From contig OX597817.1 in NCBI GenBank assembly GCA_951406725.2, forward strand, positions 166,036,001 to 166,100,000: DNA of 64,000 nucleotides, read 5' to 3'. The position numbers and the translations under genes were made by a program. Position 1 is the stretch's first letter; every line of letters begins with the position of its first letter. Shown here in pieces: positions 14,047 through 25,632 of the stretch. The DNA is from Octopus vulgaris. Lineage: Eukaryota. Under the pieces are notes generated by a model. The model was given only the letters and a program-made list of their open reading frames with translations. It was not told the origin of the DNA and made no database searches.

Positions 14047-14226
14047 AGAATTAATTTACGGTAATATTTATACCTTTGCCCATATAATACAGTAGATGGA
14101 CTAATTGCTTGGCAATTTTTAACTTTTACGTATTAGTCTTGTTGGGTACCTCTCTAGCAGTATATTGGATATATGTTATCCCATGGTGGGTTGAATTTTC
14201 AACCCCTATCTCATTTTATATATATA

Positions 14227-14545
14227 CTAGCAGTATCGCCCGGCGTTGCTCGGGTTTGTAAGGGAAATAACTATTGGTTTCCTTCACAACGCATTACGAC
14301 GTTGATTTCTTTACACTCCTTCCCCACAGCTTCACGAGGGAGGGAAGGGGAGAAGCAAACAGGTATATGGACGCCAACCCGCCGCCATCGACACACGATG
14401 CATTTTATGCATTAAAATGGAATAAAAATGATGTTAAATTATTTTTAAAATCGTAGACTCATCGTTGACGCGCGCTAATAGTCAGACGGGCTCGATATGA
14501 ATCACGACTATAAGATACCCGAATTTGGTTAAAAGCAAAATGTGG

Positions 14546-14548
<3 letters not shown>
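14227..14548 (-). mobile_element. Internally deleted Helitron
   Basis: Starts CTAGCAGTATCGCCCGGCGTTGCTCGGG; matches 40417-40933 with deletions. Confidence 0.8.
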
Positions 14549-14609
<61 letters not shown>

Positions 14610-14646
14610 ATATATACATACATATATATATACATACATACATACA

Positions 14647-14680
<34 letters not shown>

Positions 14681-15106
14681 CACGTACATACACACGCATT
14701 CTCAAGCAGCACATGGATCTATAAATAATGGTATATAAATACTGGAATGGAAAACCCTTTGGAATAGAAAAGATCAAGAGCATTCAATCATGTCTACAAA
14801 AGGACTGAAGTAACTTAACATCACCGGAGAAGATGCGGACGACTATCCTCAAAACTTATTATTGGAGATATCTTGATGCCCAGTGTAAAGGGCCAACATC
14901 TTCGAGCTCCACCTTTTATTTTATTTCCCTCAAAGATTCTAAATTCTTATAATGTAAACTGTACGAGTTAATTAGAATTCCCTACATGGTCGGCACATAA
15001 CAAAATAACTGAATAGTTACGATCAGAATGCTTTAATCACATATTTGCTTGATTAGGGTCACTTGGGTTTAAACAATATAATTTCCTTGTAAGATATAAT
15101 ATATAA

Positions 15107-15505
15107 TCTTTATATATAAAAGTAAGGTTGTGTGTCTGTCTCCTACGATTTAGATTCCTAACTACTCCCACATTTTGCGGTGCAATTTAACCAAAACCGG
15201 GTATCTTATAGTCGTGATTCGTATCGAGCCCTTCTGGGTATTAGCGCGCGTCTACGATGAGTCTACGATTTAAAAAAAAATTTACCATATTTTTTTTCCC
15301 TTTTAATGCATTTTTTCGCTATTATATAAGGAAAGTAACTCTCTAAAAATGTCTACGATCAGTCAACGATTTAAAAAAAAAATTACCATCATTTTTTTTC
15401 CATTTTTAATGCATTTTTTTGCTATTTTTTGGCTATAACTCTCTAAAAAATGCTTATATAGTTATTTCCCTTACAAACCCGAGCAACGCCGGGCGATACT
15501 GCTAG
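15107..15505 (+). mobile_element. Non-autonomous Helitron
   Basis: A^TC...CTAG^T termini with subterminal GC hairpin; near-identical to 38625-39021. Confidence 0.88.
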
Positions 15506-15764
15506 TATATAATATATAATATATAATACAATATAGTATAATATAAACAATATAATTTCCCTGTACGAGCCCATGGGAGTTCTCCTATGTGGCTGGCCAA
15601 CCAGCAACACGGTAGTGGGAGTAAATCTTTTGATCAAACCAAGGAAATTATATTTCCATTATTTTATTTATTTTTTTTAAATTGCTGTTACTATCTGTTC
15701 ATACAACTACTGACAGAAGAGATGCGATCGGAACGCAAAATGCATACTCTCGCTCTTACTCGTT

Positions 15765-16011
15765 ACTCTTTTACTTGTTTCAGTTATATTTGCATGTGTG
15801 GCCATGCTGGAGCATCGCCTTTATTCCATCAAATCAACGCCAGGACTTATTCTTTGTAAGCCTAATACTTATTCTATCGGGCCCTTTTGCCGAACCGCTA
15901 AGTTTACGGGGACGTAAAAACACCACCATCGGTTGTCAAGCGATGTTGGAGGACAAACACAAACACATAAACACACACACCCATACACACACATGCACAC
16001 ACACACCCATC

Positions 16012-16091
<80 letters not shown>

Positions 16092-16253
16092 TACGACGGG
16101 CTTCTTTCAGTTTCCGTCTATCAAATCTACTCACAAGGCTTTGGTCGGCCCGAGGCTATAATAGAAGACACTTGCGCAAGGTGCCACGCAGTGGAAATGA
16201 ACCCGGAACCATGTGGTTGTTAAGCAAGCTACTTTCCACACAGCTACTCCTGC
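15765..16253 (-). mobile_element. SINE family A, full length
   Basis: Head, central microsatellite and tail present. Confidence 0.88.
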
Positions 16254-16340
16254 ATAGAGTCAGAATAGATACTATAAAGCATTCCTTGTGACCCTTGAGG
16301 TGGGGGCATGCAAGAAAAATAGTAAATTAGGGATCCACAT

Positions 16341-16560
16341 GCTAACGATTCTACCAGTTCGCCGCCTTAAACAACAACATTAATAATCCTTTCTTCTAAA
16401 AACACAAGGCCTGAAATTTGTAGGGACGGGATTAGTCGATTAAATCGACCCCAATGTCTCACTAGTACTTAATTTATCGACTCCGAAAAGGATGAAGGTT
16501 AAAAGTGACCTCGGCGGAATTTGAACACAGATCGTACTTTTCCCGGCGTGCTAAAAATTC
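16341..16560 (-). mobile_element. Deu/Nin-like SINE fragments
   Basis: Similar to 8447-8857; the same arrangement occurs at 52026-52277. Confidence 0.65.
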
Positions 16561-16856
16561 GGATCTTTCCGTAACATAATTTCTAGGTAACTAAAAAATG
16601 TAAAACTTCATATACTGGTAGAATGTTTTTATAAAACATCATTTTCTCTTGGCTTTATTGAGAAAATTCTATAGTTTGTAACATATTTCGTCTAAAATTT
16701 CTTGCATTTCGGCAATTTTAACCAATCGCTGACCGTCCATCGAGGTGAACGCATTCTGTGCGTCATCAATATGTCCCTCATTTAAGAAACAGATTGGGTT
16801 TATTTACATTTGTGATGAAGAAAAGATACCCTTCCCCCACCTCTAGCCCCAACCCG
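16561..16856. mobile_element. Half of a GGATC-ended MITE-like element
   Basis: Shares AAACTTCATATACTGGTAGAAT and AATTTTAACCAATC motifs with the arms of 30688-31144. Confidence 0.5.
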
Positions 16857-16917
16857 ACTAAAAGCGGTGCTCCAGCATGGCTCCAGTCAAATGACTGAAG
16901 CATGTAAAAGAATAAAA

Positions 16918-16999
<82 letters not shown>

Positions 17000-17417
17000 A
17001 TTTTTCCCTCACGGGCTATTCTTTACTGGAAAGCAATACTCTAGTATTGCATTACTAATTTATTGAAACTTCTTCACCGTTCTCGTGCTGTTAGCGTTTC
17101 GGCGTTTCAGTCGAGTGTAATGTGGTAACATCTGAAAGGTTGTCGTGGTATATGTTTGGCTGATGAAGATATATCAAGTTTATGGGTGGCAGACATATCT
17201 TGAAAAATCTGAAACCTGCGCAGGTCCCTATTTATCCTTTTCCAGGTATTTCATATTTCAGATGTTCTCCCTGGAGGTAAGACAATTTTTTCTAGTTTGT
17301 TGCACACACGCATTTTTGCTAGTACATACGCGGTGAAGCTATACATTAGCGTCGTATTATTACGTTCGCTATTTCCAGTAAATATCGGTACTTCGTTGTG
17401 CCATATATTTACTTCTT

Positions 17418-17472
<55 letters not shown>

Positions 17473-17496
17473 GGTTTGGAGATGATCTACAGGTAT

Positions 17497-17854
17497 TATA
17501 TATTAGAAGAAATAAGGTACTCAGAAATCTGAATGGTTTTATATTTACAGATATTTATTAATATGTCACATGTTTTTATAAATCATATAATTGCGCTTGC
17601 GTCCACTCTAGTGGAGTCGTCAGATTGAATTTTTTCAGATTTGTTTCTTTTTATAGTATTATTGAATGTTTTGTAGTATTATTGAATGTCAATAATACTA
17701 TAAAAAGAAACAAATCTCCTGAAAAAATTAAATTTGAAGACTCCACTAGAGTGGACGCAAGCGCTGATATATGATTTATAAAAGCATGTGACATATTAAT
17801 AAATATCTGTAAATATAAAACCACCCAGATTTCTGAGTACCTTATTTCATCTAA

Positions 17855-17859
<5 letters not shown>
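17497..17859. repeat. ~360-bp palindrome between two (TA)n tracts, with an HHR-like motif in each arm
   Basis: Arms of about 170 bp. Arm motif (C/T)TGA(C/A)GA-C-TCCAC-TAGA-GTGGA-C-GCAA-GCGC. Confidence 0.8.
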
Positions 17860-17944
<85 letters not shown>

Positions 17945-17948
17945 AATG

Positions 17949-18226
17949 ATGGCGCATGGCCTAGCGGTTAGGGTAATGCAATCACGATCGGGCGATCGTG
18001 GTTTCAATTCCTGGTGTGGGTGGGGCGTTGTCTTCTTGAACAAAGCACTTCATGTTGCTCTGCGATCACTTCGACACCTTACATGTCGTACTCTGTGCAC
18101 CTGTTCAGGAAACGCCGATTTGTTCTCTTGTACAGCACATAAATTTGACCACTATAAGGAAATCATGTGTGCAGGTCATTCGGCAAAAACTGAACACTCA
18201 TACATTGTCTTCGACGAGAAATTCCA
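17949..18226 (+). mobile_element. tRNA-derived SINE, head C + tail type F
   Basis: GGCGCATGGCCTAGCGG (A box), GGTTTCAATTCC (B box), TTGAACAAAGCACTTCATGTTGCTC; tail unlike the other copies. Confidence 0.65.
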
Positions 18227-18919
18227 TTAGACATACACACACACACACACGTTTGTGTGTGTGTGTGTGTGTGTGCGCGCGTCTTCCCCACCCTCACTTG
18301 ATAGCTGGTGCTGGTTTGCTGATGATCCCGTTACTTAACGGTTGGTATAAGATAGCACTAGACTAAATGCTGTACCTAAAAAAAATAAATACCGGAGTCG
18401 ATTTATTAGGCCAAATCCCTACGAAGAGGTGCCCCAGCACAGCCGCAGTCCAATGAATGAAATGAGTGAAAGTTAAAAGATTGGGGTCAGTACCAGAGTG
18501 ACTGGATAAAAAAAAAAAGCGTGCGAGAAATTTGCTGCCATTTTGTGTAAGACGAATTTAGTTTTTACTTACACACTTATTCCCCTTTCCACCATTTCTA
18601 AATTCCTTCATTACCACCAGGCGTCTCTTCTACACTAGCCATATCACACGTCTGCTTGTCATCTTAACAGGTGCTATGTAGAGAGACAGACGATCGATCA
18701 AATGAGACAGCGAGAATAAGTTTTACTTGAGCCGACAGCGAATATATATCTTAGTTTTTCACTCCGTCCTTTTCTTTTTTCCTCTTTTTCCTCTTTTACT
18801 TCGCTGAGCGTGTTTCACAAGTGCGCATAGCTGTAACCGCGCCAGCAGGTCAGCTTCGTACTTAAGATTGAATAAACAGCGCCTTATAACAACAAACGTT
18901 TGCCATCTGACACGGGTGT

Positions 18920-19675
18920 ACGAGGGGGGAGAGAGGAGAGGAGAGGAGAGGACGAAGGAAGATGGGTAAAAGAGAGAGAGAGCGAAAGATTGAAGAGTGG
19001 AAGAACAACTGCAGCATGTGGAACCAAAGGAGGAGAAGAAGAAGAAGAAGAAGAAGAAGAGAAGGAGAAGAAGGAGGAGGAGGAGGAGAAGAAGAAGAAG
19101 AAGAAGAAGAAGAAGAAGAACAAGAACAAGAAGAACAAGAAGAAGAAGAAGGAGGAGGAGGAGGAAGAAAAGAAGAAGAACAAGAAGAAGAGGAAGAAGA
19201 AGAAGGATGGGGAGGAGGAGAAGAAAGAAGAAGAAGAAGAAGGAGAAGAAGAAGAAGGAGGAAGGAGGAGGAGGAGCAGAAGAAGAAGAAGAAGGAGGAG
19301 GAGGAGAGGAGAAGAAGAAGAAGAAGAAGAAGAAGGAGGGAGGAAGAAGAGGAGAAGAAGAAGAAGAAGGAGGAGGAGAAGAAGAAGAAGAAGAACAAGA
19401 ACAAGAAGAAGAAGAAGAACAAGAAAAACAAGGAGAAGAAGAAGAAAAAAAAGAAGAACAAGAACAAGAAGAAGAAGAAGGAGAAGAAGGAGAAGAAGAA
19501 GAAGAAGAAGAAGAAAGAGGAGGAGGAGAAGAAGAAGAAGAAGAAGAAGAAGGAGGAGGAGGAGGAGGAGAAGAAGAAGAAGAAGAAGAAGAAGTAGAAG
19601 AAAAAGAAGAAGGAGAAGAAGAAAAAAGAAGAAGAAGAAGAAGAAAAAGAAGAAGAAGGAGCGAGAGAGAGGGGG
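18920..19675. repeat. Polypurine (GAA/GGA)n tract
   Basis: About 750 bp, almost entirely purine on the + strand. Confidence 0.97.
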
Positions 19676-19701
19676 GTATATTTAGTAGAGGTGGAGGTGG
19701 T

Positions 19702-20364
19702 GTGTTCGGTCAGATACGGAAAATTTAGGGATATATGAAGACAGATAAAGACAGAAAGCAAGAGAGAAAGAGGGAAAAAATATGCAGCCTTCAGAAAAGT
19801 GTGCGTTGCATACGTTGCATACGTTGCACATATATGTGTGTGAATGTGTATGTGTGTATGTGTATGTGTGTGTGTGTATGTGTATGTGTGTGTGTGTGTA
19901 TGTGTGTGTTTGTGTGTGAAAATATGCAAATGCAAATTTAGCCCTCCGAGACGCTAACCTATGCCGATCAACCACAACCCTACATATTAGTCTGGACCCC
20001 CTTGGGGTGCGACGGTCACCTAGAGGCGTGACTATCCAGCCGGGGCCGATCCGTTTGCTTACGGTCCGAGCACCTCCTTGCTCACGGGTCGGACCACGTC
20101 GCTGTTTTTACCCGGTGCATATCGCCACGCACACCCGGCGACTGACGGCATCGTGTTCGGTCAGATACGGAAAATTTAGGGATATATGAAGACAGATAAA
20201 GACAGAAAGCAAGAGAGAAAGAGGGAAAAAATTAAGCAGCCTTCAGAAAAGTGTGCGTTGCATACGTTGCATACGTTGCACATATATGTGTGTGAATGTG
20301 TATGTGTATGTGTGTGTGTGTGTATGTGTGTGTTTGTGTGTGAAAATACAGGAGAAATGCAAAT
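19702..20364. repeat. ~230-bp direct duplication (19702-19938 / 20153-20364) flanking a GC-rich insert
   Basis: Both copies start GTGTTCGGTCAGATACGGAAAATTTAGGG. Confidence 0.9.
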
Positions 20365-20571
20365 ACAGGGGAAATTGCATTTGCTCTGTATATCATAACT
20401 TGTGCGTGTGGTAATTGCTTGACCACTGTACAGCAAGCAGACGGGACGATGGTCATCGATGTAGCGGTCTAGATTTAACAGTAAGAGTCGTCCATCTATT
20501 TGGACACACAAGATACACTTACATGCGTGTATATATATATATATATGTGTGTATGTGTACATATATATATA

Positions 20572-20624
<53 letters not shown>

Positions 20625-20889
20625 CGGTCACAATGACCATGGAATGGCCAAAAAAACATTTACCCTAGGGTAAATGTGTTTTTTTAATTTTCTCCTGGTT
20701 TGCGGAATTAATGTTATTTTGCGGTTGAAGCTTTGGCTGTTATTTCTAGTGGGTGAATGGCCTATTATGGCCATTCCTTGATTGTGATGTTGAACTTATA
20801 AATGGTCTATGACTATTTAATTTTTTTCCACTAGGCCGCTGGTGGCAAATAAATTCTACGAAATTTTTTGCCACCCTATATTGATTAAT

Positions 20890-20953
<64 letters not shown>

Positions 20954-21008
20954 TACGTATATATGTGAGTGCGTATGATTAGGTGCATGCAGTTATATAT
21001 ATATGTAT

Positions 21009-21416
21009 AGGCGCAGGAGTGGCTGTGTGGTAAGTAGCTTGCTAACCAGCCACATGGTTCCGGGTTCAGTCCCACTGCGTGGCATCTTGGGCAAATGTCT
21101 TCTGCTATAGCCCCGAGCCGACCAGTGCCTTGTGAGTGGATTTGGTAGACGGAAACTGAAAGAAGCCTGTCGTATATATGTATATATATATATATGTGTG
21201 TGTGTGTGCGTTTGTGTTTGTCTACCTAGCATTGCTTGACAACCGATGCTGGTGTGTTTACGTCCCCGTCACTTAGCGGTTCGGCAAAAGAGAACGATAG
21301 AATAAGTACTGGGCTTACAAAGAATAAGTCCCGGGGTCGATTTGTTCGACTAAAGGTGGTGCTCCAGCATGGCCGCAGTCAAATGACTGAAACAAGTAAA
21401 AGAGTAAAAAGAGTAG

Positions 21417-21418
<2 letters not shown>
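21009..21418 (+). mobile_element. SINE family A, full length
   Basis: A box TGGCTGTGTGG, B box GGTTCAGTCCC, tail GTAAAAGA repeats. Confidence 0.92.
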
Positions 21419-21449
<31 letters not shown>

Positions 21450-21665
21450 ATGTGTGTGTGTGTGTGTATGTATATATATATATATATGTATATATATAGA
21501 CACAAGACACACACATACATACGTATATATATATGTGCGTGCCTTGTGGTGGTGGGGTCCACGGGAGAATAATTAAGAGAAGGGGGAAGAGAGAAGCAAG
21601 CAGAACCATACAGATACTCACACATATTTAAACAAGTAGATATATAGATATATAGACACACAGTA

Positions 21666-21726
<61 letters not shown>

Positions 21727-21939
21727 CAGACAGAAAGACAGACAGACAGACAAACAGATAGGTAGGTAGGTAGGTAGGTTGGTAGGTAAGTAGATCGGTA
21801 GGTAGGTAGGTAGGTAGGTCGGTAGGTAGGTAGGTAGGTAGGTAGGTAGGTAAGTATGTAAGTAGGTAGGTAGTGAGTAGATAGGGGATGTGTGTGCCTG
21901 TGCCTCTGTGGGTATGTGAGAAAAAGAGAGTATGTGCAT

Positions 21940-21987
<48 letters not shown>

Positions 21988-22585
21988 GAAGTAGTCTGAC
22001 AGAACACGATATTATTCAATACCGTTAGAGTATCAATTAACAAAATGGCGAAAGGGAATTTGGAAATACATTCTTTTAATGAGAGTTTGAAAGGAAAGGA
22101 AGGGCTTGATAATGTTGGAGGAGACGGAGAAAGGTTGAGAGGAGAGTGAAAGGAAAGAAGAAAACATAGGAAGATCAAAGTGGAAGCTCGGTGGAGCACA
22201 AAGGAGAAAATAAGCGAGGAGAAAATTAAGATGTTAGAACGGATCAGGTTTGGAAGTAAAGGGAGGTAAGTGAAGGCAAAGCGGAACAAAACGTTCGAGT
22301 TTTTATGGTTAGGAGTTGAAGAGAGAGAGAGAGAGAGAGGAGGAGAAAGGGGCAGGCGGACAGACAAAGAGTATGAGTGAGAGAGTACGCACAGATAATT
22401 TAAGAGACGGTAGTAAACAAGAAGACAAGAAATTGAGAAAGACTAAGAGAGGTTTCGTGATTAATGATGATTGATAAATGATTAATAAATAACTATATTC
22501 TTTCTACATATCCATAATTTTCCAGTTCACATACATATACACTTTTGCATGCAAACATACATACATACACGCGTATATACATAGG

Positions 22586-22631
<46 letters not shown>

Positions 22632-22756
22632 CACACAGACACACATATTTTATGCGACGGGCTTCTATCAGTTTCCGTCTAATAAATCCACCGACTCGAA
22701 GCAATAGTAGAAGATACTTGCCCGACGTACAACTCAGAGGGACTGAACGATTTCAG

Positions 22757-23071
22757 TGGAGGCGCAATGGCCCAGTGTTTAAGGCAGTGGACTTGCGGTT
22801 GAAGGATCGCGGTTTCGATTCCCAAACCGGGCGTTGTGAGGCGTTGTGAGAGTTTATAGAGCGAAAACACTTAAAGCTCCACGAGGCTCCGACCGGGGTT
22901 GGTGGCGATCCCTGCTGTACTCTTTCGCCACAACTTTCTCTCTCTTTCTTCTGTTAGCCTGCTCGCTTAGCCAACGGAGTGGTGTCATTTGAAGGCTAAA
23001 ACAATGCGAAGCGCATTCTGACCAGCGATGTGTAGCAACATCTGATAGCCTGGTCAGTCACGGTGATCACG
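22757..23071 (+). mobile_element. SINE, head B + tail type B
   Basis: Matches 41640-41946; a tail fragment also lies at 36646-36760 (-). Confidence 0.85.
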
Positions 23072-23084
23072 GTAACTATCTCGA

Positions 23085-23320
23085 GTTCTATGACTCATAC
23101 GGCCAGTTGCCAGGGCTCCATTGTACCAACCCAAGTGACCAACCCACTCACCTGAATAGGACGCCAGTCTGTCGAAGGACACTCTCTTACCTTTAAATGG
23201 CTTGGACCGAAGCGAAATGAAGTGTTGTGCTGAAGAATTCAATGCACTGGCAGGTCCTAGAATCGAAACCGTGATCTTGCAATTGGAAGTGCAACAACCG
23301 AAACACCAGTTCGCGCATCT
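23085..23320 (-). mobile_element. Diverged SINE, head C + tail E
   Basis: Minus strand GGTTTCGATTCT...CACTTCATTTCGCT...GACTGGCGTCCTATTCAGGTG. Confidence 0.55.
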
Positions 23321-23539
23321 TCACGGAGAACTACTAGAGACAGGTGTAAATCATACGAATAGCAAAAGCGACAGCAATAATCCAAAGAATGTTTCTAATA
23401 TGGATGGACAACAACGAAAAAAAAAAAAACCAGAGAAAAAATGAAACAAAATAGAAATTATTATTACTCTAAGATTTACGTATTTAAAACTACTATAACC
23501 TACACAAACCACCGGCGAATACTATCAGAGACTCACAAG

Positions 23540-23800
23540 GAAACATGAAAGTTGTTGCTTTTGCCAACGATGTTTACGTAGGATATTATGTGTCACTTAT
23601 CGCGATCGTGTTACCAATGAAGACATTCCACAGATATTGTGATAGAGTGTCGCCTGTGTCTAGCTGGACGCATACTGTGCTTAGCAAAGCATAGACGTTT
23701 CAACATTGCGTTGTTGTGGATCCTGGAAAGCGATACACAGAGAGGCAAGTCTAAGGAAACTTGACACAGCGATATTCTAAGAATACCTACAACATGATAT
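23540..23800 (+). pseudogene. Decayed RTE LINE C-terminal fragment
   Basis: Frame-broken translation includes CLRRIL, TYRDRVTNEDI, LAGRILC and IALLW. Confidence 0.55.
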
Positions 23801-24215
23801 CATTTGTCAGGAGCACAAACATATTGCCACCTGCTGTGAATTCTAGAAAGTAGCCTTTTTGCTCAATATGTCTTGCTAAACAGGAAAAAAAAAAAAAAAC
23901 TAATTCTGGCAGTAATGTGGAGATATAGAGAATTCATTGAATCGCTAACATACTTTTGTATAGCTTACATTAGCAAGATATTGACAGGCCTCAATGAACA
24001 CAAATATGCCGTATCCACTGATTTTCATATTTCGGGTGATTCCGTGAGATAAATCGTGGAAATATTTAAGTTTTCGACTACATATCAGTGTCTGACTGCT
24101 CTGCTAACTATTCTTTGGAGGCTGGTGTATGTCATTATTATTTCGAGAGAAAGTAGCATATTGTTCCAATATATATTATTTTCTCCTCAAAATAGTAATT
24201 AACTCTTAAGATTCA

Positions 24216-24248
<33 letters not shown>

Positions 24249-24250
<2 letters not shown>

Positions 24251-24628
24251 TTTACTCTTTTACTTGTTTCAGTCAATTGACTGCGGCCATGCTGGAGCAC
24301 CGCCTTTTGTCGAGCAACTCGACCCCGGGACTTATTCTTTGTAAGCCCAGTACTTATTCTATCGGTCTCTTTTGCCGAACCGCTAAGTGACGGGGACATA
24401 AACACACCAGCATCGGTTGTCAAGCAATGCTAGGGGGACAAACACACATATATATATATACATACATATATACGACGGGCTTCTTTCAGTTTCCGTCTAC
24501 CAAATGCACTCACAATGCTTTGGTCGGCCCGAGGCTATAGCAGAAGACACTTGCCCAAGATGCCACGCAGTGGGACTGAACCCAGAACCATGTGGTTGGT
24601 AAGCAAGCTACTTACCACACAGCCACTC
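24249..24628 (-). mobile_element. SINE family A, followed by a + strand tail at 24655-24802
   Basis: Sequence identity to other copies. Confidence 0.9.
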
Positions 24629-25347
24629 ACAGCCACTCACACACATGTATATCTCCCCGTAACTTAGCAGTTCGGTAAAAGGGACCGATAAATTAAGTAC
24701 TAGGCTTACAATGAATAAGTCCTGGGATCATTCTTTCAACTAAAGGCGGTGCTCCAGCATGGCTGCAGTCACATGACTGGAGCAAGTAAAAGAATAAAAG
24801 AATATATGTGTGTATGTGTGTGCGCGCGCGCGTATATAATATCTAATTTCAAGACACATTCCACGGATAGTCTGGGATGCATTATCAGTGATGTTCCTGG
24901 GCGTCTTACGTGGTTGGGAACTTTCAACATCAGACTCCAACCCAACATGCCTTGTTCAGTTGACCAAGATGGGAGGGATCAAGTCCATACTTGCATCTTA
25001 GTAACAGCAAACCACTGGTCTACCATTTTTTACTCAAAGCCATCCAGTGGCATTCACTGCAGTTTTGCTGATGGAATACATATCCACCCCGTCTTTGCTT
25101 CACCAGTAACTCCAAGACCAATCACAGTTTTGCGGGAGTGAATACCGCACAAAAGCCAGGTAGCCTTCTTCTGTTGGCTCCCAGTGCGTCCTCCAGCCTT
25201 GATTTCTGCACTGTTCCACCAACATATTATATTTCGTAAGCTTTCTTCCAGAGCCTCCTCCATGTGCCCTTCCCAGAATACAGTAATTTCCAACAGGGTA
25301 TATTAGAATTCTATGTCTCCAAGTTTATATTATGTACCATTCGAAAT

Positions 25348-25632
25348 AGTGTCTTCATCTTGGTTGTTCTTTCCACTACGTTTCGGCTGTGTACACTCCA
25401 GCCCTTTTCAGGTGCCTTGTGATCCATGTTAGTGTTTTGCCTAAAATTGACCATTGACACTGCTTACGGGCATAGAGTGGTGTATAAAGGCACTTGTTAA
25501 TGTAGTGCCGTCACCTAGAGGTTCTGAGTTCAATACCAAGCAAGGCACTAAAGTAACTAACAAGACACCTGAAGAAGACTAGAGCTTACACAACCGAAAG
25601 GTACTGAAAAGTAACAACCAAGATAAGGACAC
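25348..25632. mobile_element. Inverted pair of HHR-bearing repeats (25348-25419 -, 25561-25632 +)
   Basis: Minus arm CAC-CTGAAAA-G-GGCTG...CAGCC-GAAACGTA-GTG; plus arm CAC-CTGAAGA-A-GACTA...CAACC-GAAAGGTA. Same family as 42783-42828. Confidence 0.65.

Noticed and set aside
17160-17212. Further HHR-like remnants (also ~29577-29633, ~35479-35505, ~53124-53150)
   Set aside because: A CTGANGA-like core and partial stem II are present, but stem I or III or GAAA is not convincing, so they are not called.
18862-19935. 200-350 aa poly-F/S, poly-R/K and poly-E ORFs
   Set aside because: They are artefacts of the (GAA/GGA)n tract, which is open in several frames at once.
19702-20364. LTR/TRIM retrotransposon
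   Set aside because: The direct repeats lack TG...CA ends, PBS and PPT, and contain host-like microsatellite.
20993-21499. Recurrent peptides such as [15 protein letters not shown] and KETDRISTGLTKNKS
   Set aside because: They recur because SINE A recurs; frames break freely between copies.
24850-25293. Possible host exon (ORFs 24749-25141 and 25054-25293)
   Set aside because: No recognisable domain; ORF 24749-25141 begins in a SINE tail. It may be an old LINE remnant but cannot be assigned by eye.
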